64,000 nt of DNA from Candidatus Sumerlaeia bacterium (GTDB lineage: Bacteria > Sumerlaeota > Sumerlaeia > SLMS01 > JANRJK01): the NCBI GenBank assembly GCA_033764015.1, contig JANRJK010000046.1, positions 64,001 to 128,000 of the forward strand. Direction: 5' to 3'. The notes below the pieces were generated by a model, which ran no database searches, was not told the origin of the DNA, and saw only the letters and a program-made list of their open reading frames with translations. This document shows, piece after piece, positions 48,092 through 56,111 of this stretch (position 1 is the stretch's first letter; each line of letters opens with the position of its first letter). The translations under genes and the position numbers were made by a program.

Positions 48092-49690
48092 CTATTCCAG
48101 ACCGTACTTCTTCAGCTTCCGGGCCAGCCGCTTGCGGTCGATGCCGAGGATCTTCGCCGCTTCGACGCGCTTGCCCTTCGCGCGGCGCATCGCGTCCTGG
48201 ATCTGGCGCTTCTCGATCTCCTCCAGCGTGAGCGGCCCCTCCGGGATCTTCGGCACGAACGCCTCGGCGAAGAGCTGCGGGGGCGCGGGCGCCGCTTCGG
48301 GCGGAGGGGGCTGCGGCGCGGCGGGGCGGGCCGTCCGCCGCGAAGCGGAAGGCTCCGGCTCGCCGTCCGCGTTGTACGCGAGGCTCTGCGCCGTCGGCAT
48401 CGGGCGCGTCGCGGTCACCGCCGCCATCGCGTCCTCGCGGGAGCGGAAAAGCTGCCGCGGCAGGTCGCGAACACCGATCGTCTCCGCCGTCGACAGCGCG
48501 AAGCAGCGCTCGATCACGTTCTGCAGCTCGCGCACGTTGCCCGGCCAGGGGTAGGCCACCAGCGCGTTCATCGCGTCCGGGTCCACGCTCTTCGGGGCGA
48601 CGTCGTACTCCTTCGCGTAGTAGACGATGAAGTGGTTGATGAGCAGGGGGATGTCCTCCTGCCGCTCGCGCAGCGCCGGCACGTGGATGTTCACCACGTT
48701 CAGGCGGTAGAACAGGTCCTGGCGGAAGGTGGCGTTGCGCACCTCGTACTCGAGGTCGCGGTTCGTCGCGCAGATCAGCCGCACGTTCACCCGGATCGCC
48801 TGCGTGTCGCCGACGGGGATGATCTCGTGCTGCTGGATCGCGCGCAGCAGCTTCACCTGCAGGTGCGGGGACATCTCGGAGATTTCGTCGAGGAAGAGCG
48901 TGCCGCCCTCCGCCGCTTGGAAGAAGCCGATGTGGTCGCCGACGGCGCCCGTGAAGGCGCCGCGCCGGTGGCCGAAGAGCTGCGACTCGAGGAGCGTCTC
49001 CGACAGCGCGCCGCAGTTGACCGCGACGAACGGGTAGCGCGCCAGCGGCCCGCTGTCGTGCACCGCGCGGGCGATCAGCTCCTTGCCCGCGCCGCTCTCG
49101 CCGGTGATCAGCACGTTGCTGCGGTTGCGCGCGACGCTCTGGATCATGCCGTGGATGCCGCGGATCAGGTGCGACTCGCCGATGATCTCGTTCGAGGGCT
49201 CGTAGCGGTTCAGCCGCTCCTTCAACTGGCGGTTCTCGGACTTGAGCCGGCGCATGTCGAGCGTGCGCTCGAGCACCAGGAGGATCTCGTCCGCGTTGCA
49301 CGGCTTGATCAGGTAGTCCGCCGCGCCCGCCTTCATCGCGGCGACCGCGGACTCGATGGAGCCGTGCCCCGTGAGCATGATGACGGGCACCTCGGGGTGC
49401 TCCTCGCGGACCGCGCGCAGCAGCGTGAGGCCGTCCATGCGGGGCATCTGGAGGTCCGTCAGCACCGCGTCGAAGGGGGGCGGCGGATCGTCCGGCTGCG
49501 CGTCCTCGCGGGGCGGCGGCGCGTCCAGGAGCGCCTTCGCCTCCGTGCCGTCGCCCGCGGTGGAGACGTCGAAGCCGGCGCGGCGGAGGATCTTCGCCAG
49601 CATGGTGGTGAGGTTGCGCTCGTCGTCGACAACGAGGATGCGCGCGCCCTCGAAGGGGCGTTCTTTCTCGGGGGTCATCGGCTTCGCCAT
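48092..49690 (-). CDS. Sigma54-dependent response regulator (NtrC/AtoC family)
   Basis: REC domain ILVVDDE...TDLQMP.MDG; GESGAGKE, GAFTGA, LFLDEI, RQDLFYRLNV, WPGNVRELQN; Fis-type HTH AAKILGI. Confidence 0.95.
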   Translation of the reverse strand: MAKPMTPEKERPFEGARILVVDDERNLTTMLAKILRRAGFDVSTAGDGTEAKALLDAPPPREDAQPDDPPPPFDAVLTDLQMPRMDGLTLLRAVREEHPEVPVIMLTGHGSIESAVAAMKAGAADYLIKPCNADEILLVLERTLDMRRLKSENRQLKERLNRYEPSNEIIGESHLIRGIHGMIQSVARNRSNVLITGESGAGKELIARAVHDSGPLARYPFVAVNCGALSETLLESQLFGHRRGAFTGAVGDHIGFFQAAEGGTLFLDEISEMSPHLQVKLLRAIQQHEIIPVGDTQAIRVNVRLICATNRDLEYEVRNATFRQDLFYRLNVVNIHVPALRERQEDIPLLINHFIVYYAKEYDVAPKSVDPDAMNALVAYPWPGNVRELQNVIERCFALSTAETIGVRDLPRQLFRSREDAMAAVTATRPMPTAQSLAYNADGEPEPSASRRTARPAAPQPPPPEAAPAPPQLFAEAFVPKIPEGPLTLEEIEKRQIQDAMRRAKGKRVEAAKILGIDRKRLARKLKKYGLE

Positions 49691-49990
49691 GTGTTGAGTC
49701 GGGCCATTCCGCCCCATGGGGGCAAGAAGCGAGCCCGGGTGGTCCGTCCCGGGCGGCTGCATCCTGCGACCACCGGCCGGGACCGGAGGCCGGCCGCCCG
49801 TCCCCTCCGACATGCCTCGCGGCCATGCCGCAAACCGGCGGCTCCGCCGCTTCGCGCCACGGCGCCATCTCGCCCTTGTCGCTGTGTCCTTCGCGGTCGT
49901 CCTCTGCTGCTGTTTCCTACTGAACATGATGCCCGCGGCCAACGCGAGCGTCCACACCTACACCCAGTCCTGAGCCCGGAGGCTCCTCCC

Positions 49991-51466
49991 ATGGCGTTCC
50001 GCCGCATCCCGTCCGCCCCACTCCTCGCGCTGGCGGTGCTCGCGCCCGCCGCGCTCGCCGCGCAGACCCAGCCGCGGGAGGCCCAGAACCGCCAGGACGA
50101 AGTGCTCAACATCAACCGCGACGCATCGCCCGACTCCGAGTCGTTCAAGATCCTCCGCTCCGGCGACAAGCTCGAGATCAACCGCTACGTCACGAAGGTC
50201 TATCCGCTCAAGCACGCCAACCCCTACGAGATCCTCCCCTATCTGCGGACCGCCGCCGCGCTCGAGAAGGGCAGCGTCGCCACCGCCTGGATCCCCCGCC
50301 CCGGCGAGCCCGCCAGCGCCTGGATCCAGGTGAACGTCCCCGAGTTCCAGATCCCCTACCTCGACGCCGCGGTCGCCGCCTACGACGTGCCCGACTTCGC
50401 CTCCATCCCCGGCAACGTCCACTTCAGCTACCGCACCAAGTACCGCAACGCGGTCGAGGTGGCGGACTTCATCCGCGCCACCACGCTCTCGCCGGACGGC
50501 CTGATCCGCGGCGACGCGGCCACCAACACGATCTTCGTGATCGACTCGCCGAGCGACTTCCGCCGCGACCTGGCGCAGATCGAGTTCTACGACGTCCCCG
50601 CGCCGCAGCTCGATGTAGAGGTCACCGTCGTCGAGCTCACCGAGGTCGACCAGACGCGGCTCGGGCTCGACTGGGACGCCTGGAAGAGCGCCCTCTCCGG
50701 CTCCGCCACGCTGGCCTCGTCGTCCTCGCGGACGGAGCCCTCCAGCGGGGGAGTCCTCCAGGCGCAGGCCCGCAGCTTCGACGGCATCCTCTCCCTCGAC
50801 GCGACCACCGCCGCGCGCTTCGCCGGCTACCTGGTCGACACCGGCAAGGCGGAGATCCTCCTGCGGACGAACCTCACCGTCACCAACGGCACGCTCTCGA
50901 CCGTCTCCTCCGGCACCGACGTGCCCGCCTTCACCTACACGTTCAACAAGGACTTGGGGAAGTCGCTGCTGACGCGCACCCCCTCGACGCCGACGACGGA
51001 GGGCTTCTCCCTCGCCCTGGTGCCGACGGTGGCCATGAACGCGGCGCGCCTCGATGTGGCGTTCGCGCTCCGCAGCCCGGTCGCCGTCGACAGCACCGGC
51101 GCACCGATCTTCTCGGAGCAGGACCTCGCGGCGGAACTCACCCTCGAACAGGACCAACTCTACAAAGTCGGCGGCGTGCGCCGGGGAGTCACGGCCAAGC
51201 AACGCAAGGGCTTCCCCCTCCTACGCGACATCCCCGTCCTCAAGTACCTCTTCTCCAGCGAGACCGACATCGTCCGCGAGACGGAGCTTTACGTGTTCCT
51301 CAAGCCCGCATGGACCTCCCCCGTCACCCCGGCCATGGACGCGATGAGCGGCGACTCCCCGCAGGTCGCCAAGCAGGTCTCGGAGATCCTGAAGGCGAAC
51401 CCGAACCTCTCGATCAGCGCGGAGGACGCGGCGCTGCTGGACCGCTACTTCGAGTCGAAGCCGTGA
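49991..51466 (+). CDS. Secretin family protein (GspD/PilQ-like)
   Basis: Signal peptide; N3-like D..TNTIFV.D; PQLDVEVTVVE.......LGLDW; GFPLLRDIPVLKYLFS......TELYVFLKP. Confidence 0.85.
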   Translation: MAFRRIPSAPLLALAVLAPAALAAQTQPREAQNRQDEVLNINRDASPDSESFKILRSGDKLEINRYVTKVYPLKHANPYEILPYLRTAAALEKGSVATAWIPRPGEPASAWIQVNVPEFQIPYLDAAVAAYDVPDFASIPGNVHFSYRTKYRNAVEVADFIRATTLSPDGLIRGDAATNTIFVIDSPSDFRRDLAQIEFYDVPAPQLDVEVTVVELTEVDQTRLGLDWDAWKSALSGSATLASSSSRTEPSSGGVLQAQARSFDGILSLDATTAARFAGYLVDTGKAEILLRTNLTVTNGTLSTVSSGTDVPAFTYTFNKDLGKSLLTRTPSTPTTEGFSLALVPTVAMNAARLDVAFALRSPVAVDSTGAPIFSEQDLAAELTLEQDQLYKVGGVRRGVTAKQRKGFPLLRDIPVLKYLFSSETDIVRETELYVFLKPAWTSPVTPAMDAMSGDSPQVAKQVSEILKANPNLSISAEDAALLDRYFESKP

Positions 51467-51571
51467 CCCGGGGCGGGGCGGCTTGACAGAGTTGCGGATG
51501 GGAAGCTCTGGTAAGTGCGCGCGGGGGCGGCGCAACCCCCCGCGCGCAGCCACTTCCCAGAGGCGCCCGAC

Positions 51572-51997
51572 GTGATCACCACCACCGGCGAATACGCGCT
51601 CCGCGCCGCCGCCTACCTCGCGCAGCACCCGGCCGGCTCCACCACCTCAGCCATCATCGCGGAGGCGACCAAGGTACCGCACGGCTACCTGCAAAAGGTC
51701 CTGAAGCAACTGGTGCGCGCCGGGCTGATCGCCTCGCAGCGCGGCCTCAACGGCGGCTTCGTCCTCGCGCGCCCCGCCGCGGAGATCTCCATCCTCGACG
51801 TGCTCCGCGCCGTCGACGCCGCCCCGCAGCGCATCACCCGGTGCCCCTTGGGGCTGGCGGGACATGTACGGCTGTGCCCGGTGCACCGGCTGGTCGACGA
51901 CGCCACGGCCGCCATCGAGGCCGCCTTCGCCAAGGCGAGCCTCGCGGACATGTCCGCAACCGCCGGCGGGGTCAAAGCACTCTGCGAAGCGAAGTGA
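51572..51997 (+). CDS. Rrf2 family transcriptional regulator
   Basis: GTG start; EYALRA, VP..YL.KVL..L.RAGL..SQRG..GGF.LA, CPLG...H..LCPVH. Confidence 0.92.
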   Translation: MITTTGEYALRAAAYLAQHPAGSTTSAIIAEATKVPHGYLQKVLKQLVRAGLIASQRGLNGGFVLARPAAEISILDVLRAVDAAPQRITRCPLGLAGHVRLCPVHRLVDDATAAIEAAFAKASLADMSATAGGVKALCEAK

Positions 51998-52156
51998 ACG
52001 ATGGCGGGCCGGGCCGCCTATCCTGCTATCCGAACGCCCCAGAGCGGATGGGCTGGTCAGTGCCGAGTAGAAAGCAAGCCCCGGCGTGACCGGGATTCAC
52101 CCGTGTCCCGAGTCCACTCTGTCCGCGATGCCTTGGGGGCGGGAAAGGCCCCCCCT

Positions 52157-52477
52157 TCACCCCTCCTCGAGCTTCACCGCCGTCCCGTAAACTAGCAGTT
52201 CCGCCGCGTTGTGGGCGACCTCCGTGGTGGTGAAGCGGAGGCCCACGACGGCGTCGGCGCCCATGGAGCGCGCGTCCTCGATCAGCCGGTCGAGCGCCTG
52301 CTCGCGCGTTTGCGCGATGACGGCGGTGTACTCGTGGAGTTCGCCGCCGACGATGTTCTTGAAGTACGCGACGACGTCGTCCCCGCCGGGAAGCGCGCGG
52401 ACGGAGCAGCCCTTCGCCAGGCCGCAGACACGCACGACCTTGTGTCCGGGAACGGTTTCCGTGGTGAGGAGCATCAT
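52157..52477 (-). CDS. YbjQ/UPF0145 family protein
   Basis: LTTETVPG, KNIVGGEL.EYT, RE.A..R, GADAVVGLRF, YGTAVK; ATGA overlap with the anti-sigma stop. Confidence 0.9.
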   Translation of the reverse strand: MMLLTTETVPGHKVVRVCGLAKGCSVRALPGGDDVVAYFKNIVGGELHEYTAVIAQTREQALDRLIEDARSMGADAVVGLRFTTTEVAHNAAELLVYGTAVKLEEG

Positions 52478-52914
52478 CGGCGGATCCTCCGGTATCGGTC
52501 CTTCGGCGCCTCGCGGAGGCGGCCGCGCAACGCGAGCGCGAAAAGCATCGAAAGCCCCGCGAAGAAGAGCGCTTCGCCGAGCTGGAGCAAGGGGTTCGGC
52601 GTCAGCAGGATGATGAGGACGGCGCCGGTGACGAGGAGGACCGCGGCGCCGGCGTACATGACGGACTGGCCGGTGCGGCGCGCGAGGCGCTCGTCGATCT
52701 GTTCCCAGTAGCCGTCCCAGACGGCGGCGCGGGGAGGCTTCACCTTCAGCGGTTGGATCGCGGCCATGAGGGCGGCCTGCGAGGCGACTTCGGCGCGCCA
52801 CTCGGGGTGGTCGCCGAGCAGGCGCTCGAACTCCCGGCGCTCCGCGGGGGAGAGTTCGCCGTCCAGGTAGGCGGCGATGGTCTCCTCGGTCATCGGTGTC
52901 TTGGCGGGCATCAT
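52474..52914 (-). CDS. Membrane anti-sigma factor
   Basis: AYLDGELS..E...FE..L N-terminus; two TM helices; directly downstream of the ECF sigma gene. Confidence 0.8.
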   Translation of the reverse strand: MMPAKTPMTEETIAAYLDGELSPAERREFERLLGDHPEWRAEVASQAALMAAIQPLKVKPPRAAVWDGYWEQIDERLARRTGQSVMYAGAAVLLVTGAVLIILLTPNPLLQLGEALFFAGLSMLFALALRGRLREAPKDRYRRIRR

Positions 52915-52933
52915 GCGGCGTCCTGGTGCGATC

Positions 52934-53536
52934 TCACGAACCGACCCGGTAGGGCTCCATCAGTTTGGCGAGGTTCTTCCGCGCGTGGAAAAGGCGGCTC
53001 ATCACGGTGCCGATGGGGATATCGAGGACCGTGGCGATCTCCTCGTAGGTCATTTCCTGGAAGTGCTTCATGAGGATGATCTCGCGGAAGTCCGGCTTGA
53101 GCTGCCCGATCGCCTGGCGCATGTGCCGGGCCATCTGCTCCGTCTGGATGCGCTCCACCGGGTCGTCGGCGGCGGCCTCGAACTGCATGTGGTCCTCGTC
53201 GGCCATGCGGTCCAGCGAGGTGGTGCGGTGGGGGCCGTGCTTCTTGAGGTGGTTGAGGCAGGCATTGCGGAGGATCCGGTAGAGCCAAGGATACCACGGC
53301 CGCGCGGTGTCGAAGCGGTCGAGGGCGTTGTACGCCTTGACGAAGGCGTCCTGCGACAGGTCCCGGGCGTCCTCCTCGTTGCGCACCAGGGCGAACGCGG
53401 CGGCGAAGAGGCGCTCGCGGTGCGCTTCCACCAGCTCGCCGTAGGCGTGCCGGTCGCCCCTGCGGGCGGCCTCGACCAGGCGGCGCTCCGCGGCGGCGTC
53501 CAACGCATGGTGCTGAGAGTCCTCCGGACCTGCCAA
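52934..53536 (-). CDS. ECF RNA polymerase sigma-70 factor
   Basis: DARDLSQDAFVKA, WLYRI.RN.CLN, MTYEEIA.VLDIPIGTVMSRLFHAR. Confidence 0.95.
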   Translation of the reverse strand: MAGPEDSQHHALDAAAERRLVEAARRGDRHAYGELVEAHRERLFAAAFALVRNEEDARDLSQDAFVKAYNALDRFDTARPWYPWLYRILRNACLNHLKKHGPHRTTSLDRMADEDHMQFEAAADDPVERIQTEQMARHMRQAIGQLKPDFREIILMKHFQEMTYEEIATVLDIPIGTVMSRLFHARKNLAKLMEPYRVGS

Positions 53537-53742
53537 CGCCGGTTTCCTTCTCGGGTGGATTCCCGGCGGCGTCTGGTGCCCCTTACACGCCGGCTGCGGA
53601 AGTATTCACGCGGCAAGCATCGCGCGCCTTCATCGCGGCGCAACCGCAAGGGAGCCGCACTCGCGCTTGCATTCGCGCCCCCGCCGCCGTTTCATGGCGG
53701 CCAGCATCGGCCCATCCCCCTCCGCGCCCGCGCAGCCGCCCC

Positions 53743-54513
53743 ATGTCGGAAGCCCCAATCCCCGCCGTTCCGGGCAGAATACGCCTCCCCGTCTTCGAGG
53801 GGCCGCTCGACCTCCTGCTCCACCTCGTGAAGATCAACGAGATGGACGTGGTCGACCTGCAAATCTCCGAAATCACCCGCCAATACATCGAGTACCTGCA
53901 CGCGATGGCCGAGATGGACCTCGAGGTCGCCGGCGACTTCCTCGTGATGGCGGCCACGCTCATGAACATCAAGCTGCGCTCGATCCTCCCCGCACCGCCG
54001 AAGGAGAACGCCGCCGAGGACGAGGCGGAGTTGGACGACATCCTCTCCACGCAGGACCTGGTGCGGCGGCTGGTCGAGTACCGCCGCGTGAAGGAGCTGG
54101 CGGCGGCGCTCCGCGAGCGCGAGGAGGCGCAGGCCGGTATCTTCTACCGCGGCGCCACCGTGATCCCCGTGGCGCCCGCCCGCGAAGAGCTGCCGCAGCA
54201 GGACATCCTCGCGCTCTTCGACCAGTTCGTGAAGGTGCTCAACCAGGCCAAGGCGCGCCCCGAGCACCACGTCCAGGAGGAGCGCTTCACCGTCGAGGAG
54301 AAGGTCTCCGCGATGCGCGAGGGCCTGCGCCGCGACCGGCGGCTCAACCTCACGCGGCTCTTCTCCACCTGCGTGAACAAGGACGAGATTGTCTGCTACT
54401 TCCTCGCGATCCTGGAACTCGCCAAGATGCGCGAGATCACGATCGCGCAGGCGGGCAGCTTCGAGGACATCCTCGTGGAGCCGTGGGACGAGAAGGTGGT
54501 CTATGTCGGCTGA
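53743..54513 (+). CDS. scpA: Segregation/condensation protein A
   Basis: FEGPLDLLLHL, I.EIT.QY, DFLVMAATL..IK, LV.RL.EY, FLAILEL. Confidence 0.95.
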   Translation: MSEAPIPAVPGRIRLPVFEGPLDLLLHLVKINEMDVVDLQISEITRQYIEYLHAMAEMDLEVAGDFLVMAATLMNIKLRSILPAPPKENAAEDEAELDDILSTQDLVRRLVEYRRVKELAAALREREEAQAGIFYRGATVIPVAPAREELPQQDILALFDQFVKVLNQAKARPEHHVQEERFTVEEKVSAMREGLRRDRRLNLTRLFSTCVNKDEIVCYFLAILELAKMREITIAQAGSFEDILVEPWDEKVVYVG

Positions 54514-55126
54514 GGACTTGGATAGGGCGCTCCCCGCCGCCGCGGACGACTTGGCCCCGGAAGGCGCCGCGCCCGCTCCCGAAGGACCCATGCGCTTGGC
54601 CGTCCTCGAGGCGCTGCTCTTCTCGGCGCCGGGACCGCTCCGCCCGGAGCAGCTCGCCGCGCTCCTAGGCGTCGGCGAGGCGGAGGCGGCCGCCGCCGTC
54701 GAACTGCTCCGCGGGCGCTACGCCGCGCTCGACGCCGGGCTCGCGGTGCTCGATGTGGCCGGCGGGTGGCAGCTCGCCACCAAGCCCGCGCTGGCGGACT
54801 GGGTGTTCCGCCTGCACGGGCACCGCAAGAAGAGCCCGGTGACGCCGGCGCTGCTCGAGTCGCTGGCGATCATCGCCTACAAGCAGCCGATCGGGCGCGC
54901 GGAAGTTGAAGCGATTCGCGGCGTGGACTGCGGCGGCGCGGTGCGCTCGCTGCTCGACGCGGGCCTGATCGAATCGGTCGGCCGCAAGGAAACGCCGGGG
55001 CGCCCGTCGCTCTACGGCACCACGGAACTCTTCCTCCGCACCTTCGGGCTGACCAGCCTGGCGGAGCTGCCGATGCCGGGGGACGGGCCGCCCACGCTGC
55101 CGCGCCCGGCGGAAGGCGGCGCATGA
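54503..55126 (+). CDS. scpB: SMC-Scp complex subunit ScpB
   Basis: EALLF, VAGGWQL.T, LE.LAIIAYKQP..RAE.EAIRGV, PGRP.LYGTT..FL..FGL..L.ELP. Confidence 0.95.
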   Translation: MSAEDLDRALPAAADDLAPEGAAPAPEGPMRLAVLEALLFSAPGPLRPEQLAALLGVGEAEAAAAVELLRGRYAALDAGLAVLDVAGGWQLATKPALADWVFRLHGHRKKSPVTPALLESLAIIAYKQPIGRAEVEAIRGVDCGGAVRSLLDAGLIESVGRKETPGRPSLYGTTELFLRTFGLTSLAELPMPGDGPPTLPRPAEGGA

Positions 55127-55512
55127 GCCCCCGCCCGGGCTGGCCCTACGACCGCGAGTTCGCCTGCCACCGCTGCGGAAACTGCTGCCGAGGCTCCGGC
55201 TACGTCTCCATGAGCGCGGAGGACATCGCCAACGCCGCGCGGCACATCGGCGTGCCGGTGCCGGAGTTCAAGGACACCTACTGCCGCGAACTCCCCGAGG
55301 ACCTCGTCGTCCTCCGCGACCAGGGGGACGCCGAGCAGTCCTGCGTGTTCCTCACGCCGGAGAACACCTGCCGCGTCCACGGTTCGAAGCCGAAGCAGTG
55401 CCGGGACTTCCCGTTCCACTGGCGCCCGGACAACGTCCTCGAGTTCTGCGAGGGAATGCGCGCGATCGCCGGCCTCCCCCCGGGGGGGAAGCCGACGATG
55501 TCGCGCGAGTAG
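55123..55512 (+). CDS. YkgJ family cysteine-cluster (CxxCxxCC) protein
   Basis: CHRCGNCC, CVFL, C.VH..KP.QCRDFPF; ATGA-coupled to scpB. Confidence 0.88.
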   Translation: MSPRPGWPYDREFACHRCGNCCRGSGYVSMSAEDIANAARHIGVPVPEFKDTYCRELPEDLVVLRDQGDAEQSCVFLTPENTCRVHGSKPKQCRDFPFHWRPDNVLEFCEGMRAIAGLPPGGKPTMSRE

Positions 55513-55524
55513 CGGCGGGTCCGC

Positions 55525-55953
55525 TTACTTGGCGTCCTCGTAGCCGAAGTTCTCCGGCTCGAAGTACAGCTCCTTCGTCCGCACCGGATGCGTCGCGTCG
55601 AGCCCCGGCGGCGAGATCACGGTGGAACCGCTGCCGACCTCGACCTGCTGGACCGACGCAACCTGGCCGTTCGCGTCGATGATGACGATGGTGTCCGTGC
55701 GCCGGACGGTGCTGTAGAGGCCGAGGTAGTTGCGCCCCTTCAGGTTCTTGTAGACCAGGATCTCCATCCCGTTGCGCTCGTAGATCGAGTTCGGGCTGCC
55801 GAGGTTGACGAAGGCGTCGGCGCGCGAGGCGCCCTCGGAGAGGACGGCGCCAAGGCGGGCGGAGCCGAAGTCCTGGCGCGAGTAGAGGACGCCGCAGCCG
55901 CTCGCGAGCGGGAGGGTGGCGGCGGCGACGGCCGCGAGGAGCAGGTGCTTCAT
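55525..55953 (-). CDS. Small lipoprotein (SmpA/BamE-like fold possible)
   Basis: Lipobox ASG-C; G.SR......LGSP pattern. Confidence 0.7.
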   Translation of the reverse strand: MKHLLLAAVAAATLPLASGCGVLYSRQDFGSARLGAVLSEGASRADAFVNLGSPNSIYERNGMEILVYKNLKGRNYLGLYSTVRRTDTIVIIDANGQVASVQQVEVGSGSTVISPPGLDATHPVRTKELYFEPENFGYEDAK

Positions 55954-56111
55954 GGGGGTGTTTCCTTCCATCGAGGCGTCCCCGGCGTCGGCGCCGGGGC
56001 GCGGGTGTCCCCCCGCGATGGCGCTCCGCCGCGCACACTGTCAACGCCCAGCGGCTCCGCGCAGTGCGAATCCCGTTGCGGGAAAGCCGCCCGCCGGATG
56101 GGACTTGGCCC

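Noticed and set aside
49691..49990. Sigma54 promoter (CGGCGCCATCTCGC) upstream of the secretin
   Set aside because: GG-to-GC spacing is 9 nt rather than 10 and the consensus match is poor.
47792..51466. 1224-aa ORF as a giant secretin fusion
   Set aside because: The N-terminal 733 codons are mostly antisense to the sigma54 activator; the real start is ATG 49991 with a signal peptide.
52050..52082. SRP (4.5S) RNA suggested by GGTCAG...GAAAGCAAGCC
   Set aside because: Does not form the CAGG-stem-GNRA-stem-AGCAG domain IV motif.
53583..53608. Autoregulatory ECF promoter (TGAATA...CGTGTAA, minus strand)
   Set aside because: The 13-nt spacer is shorter than typical for ECF promoters; cannot be supported without the group-specific motif.
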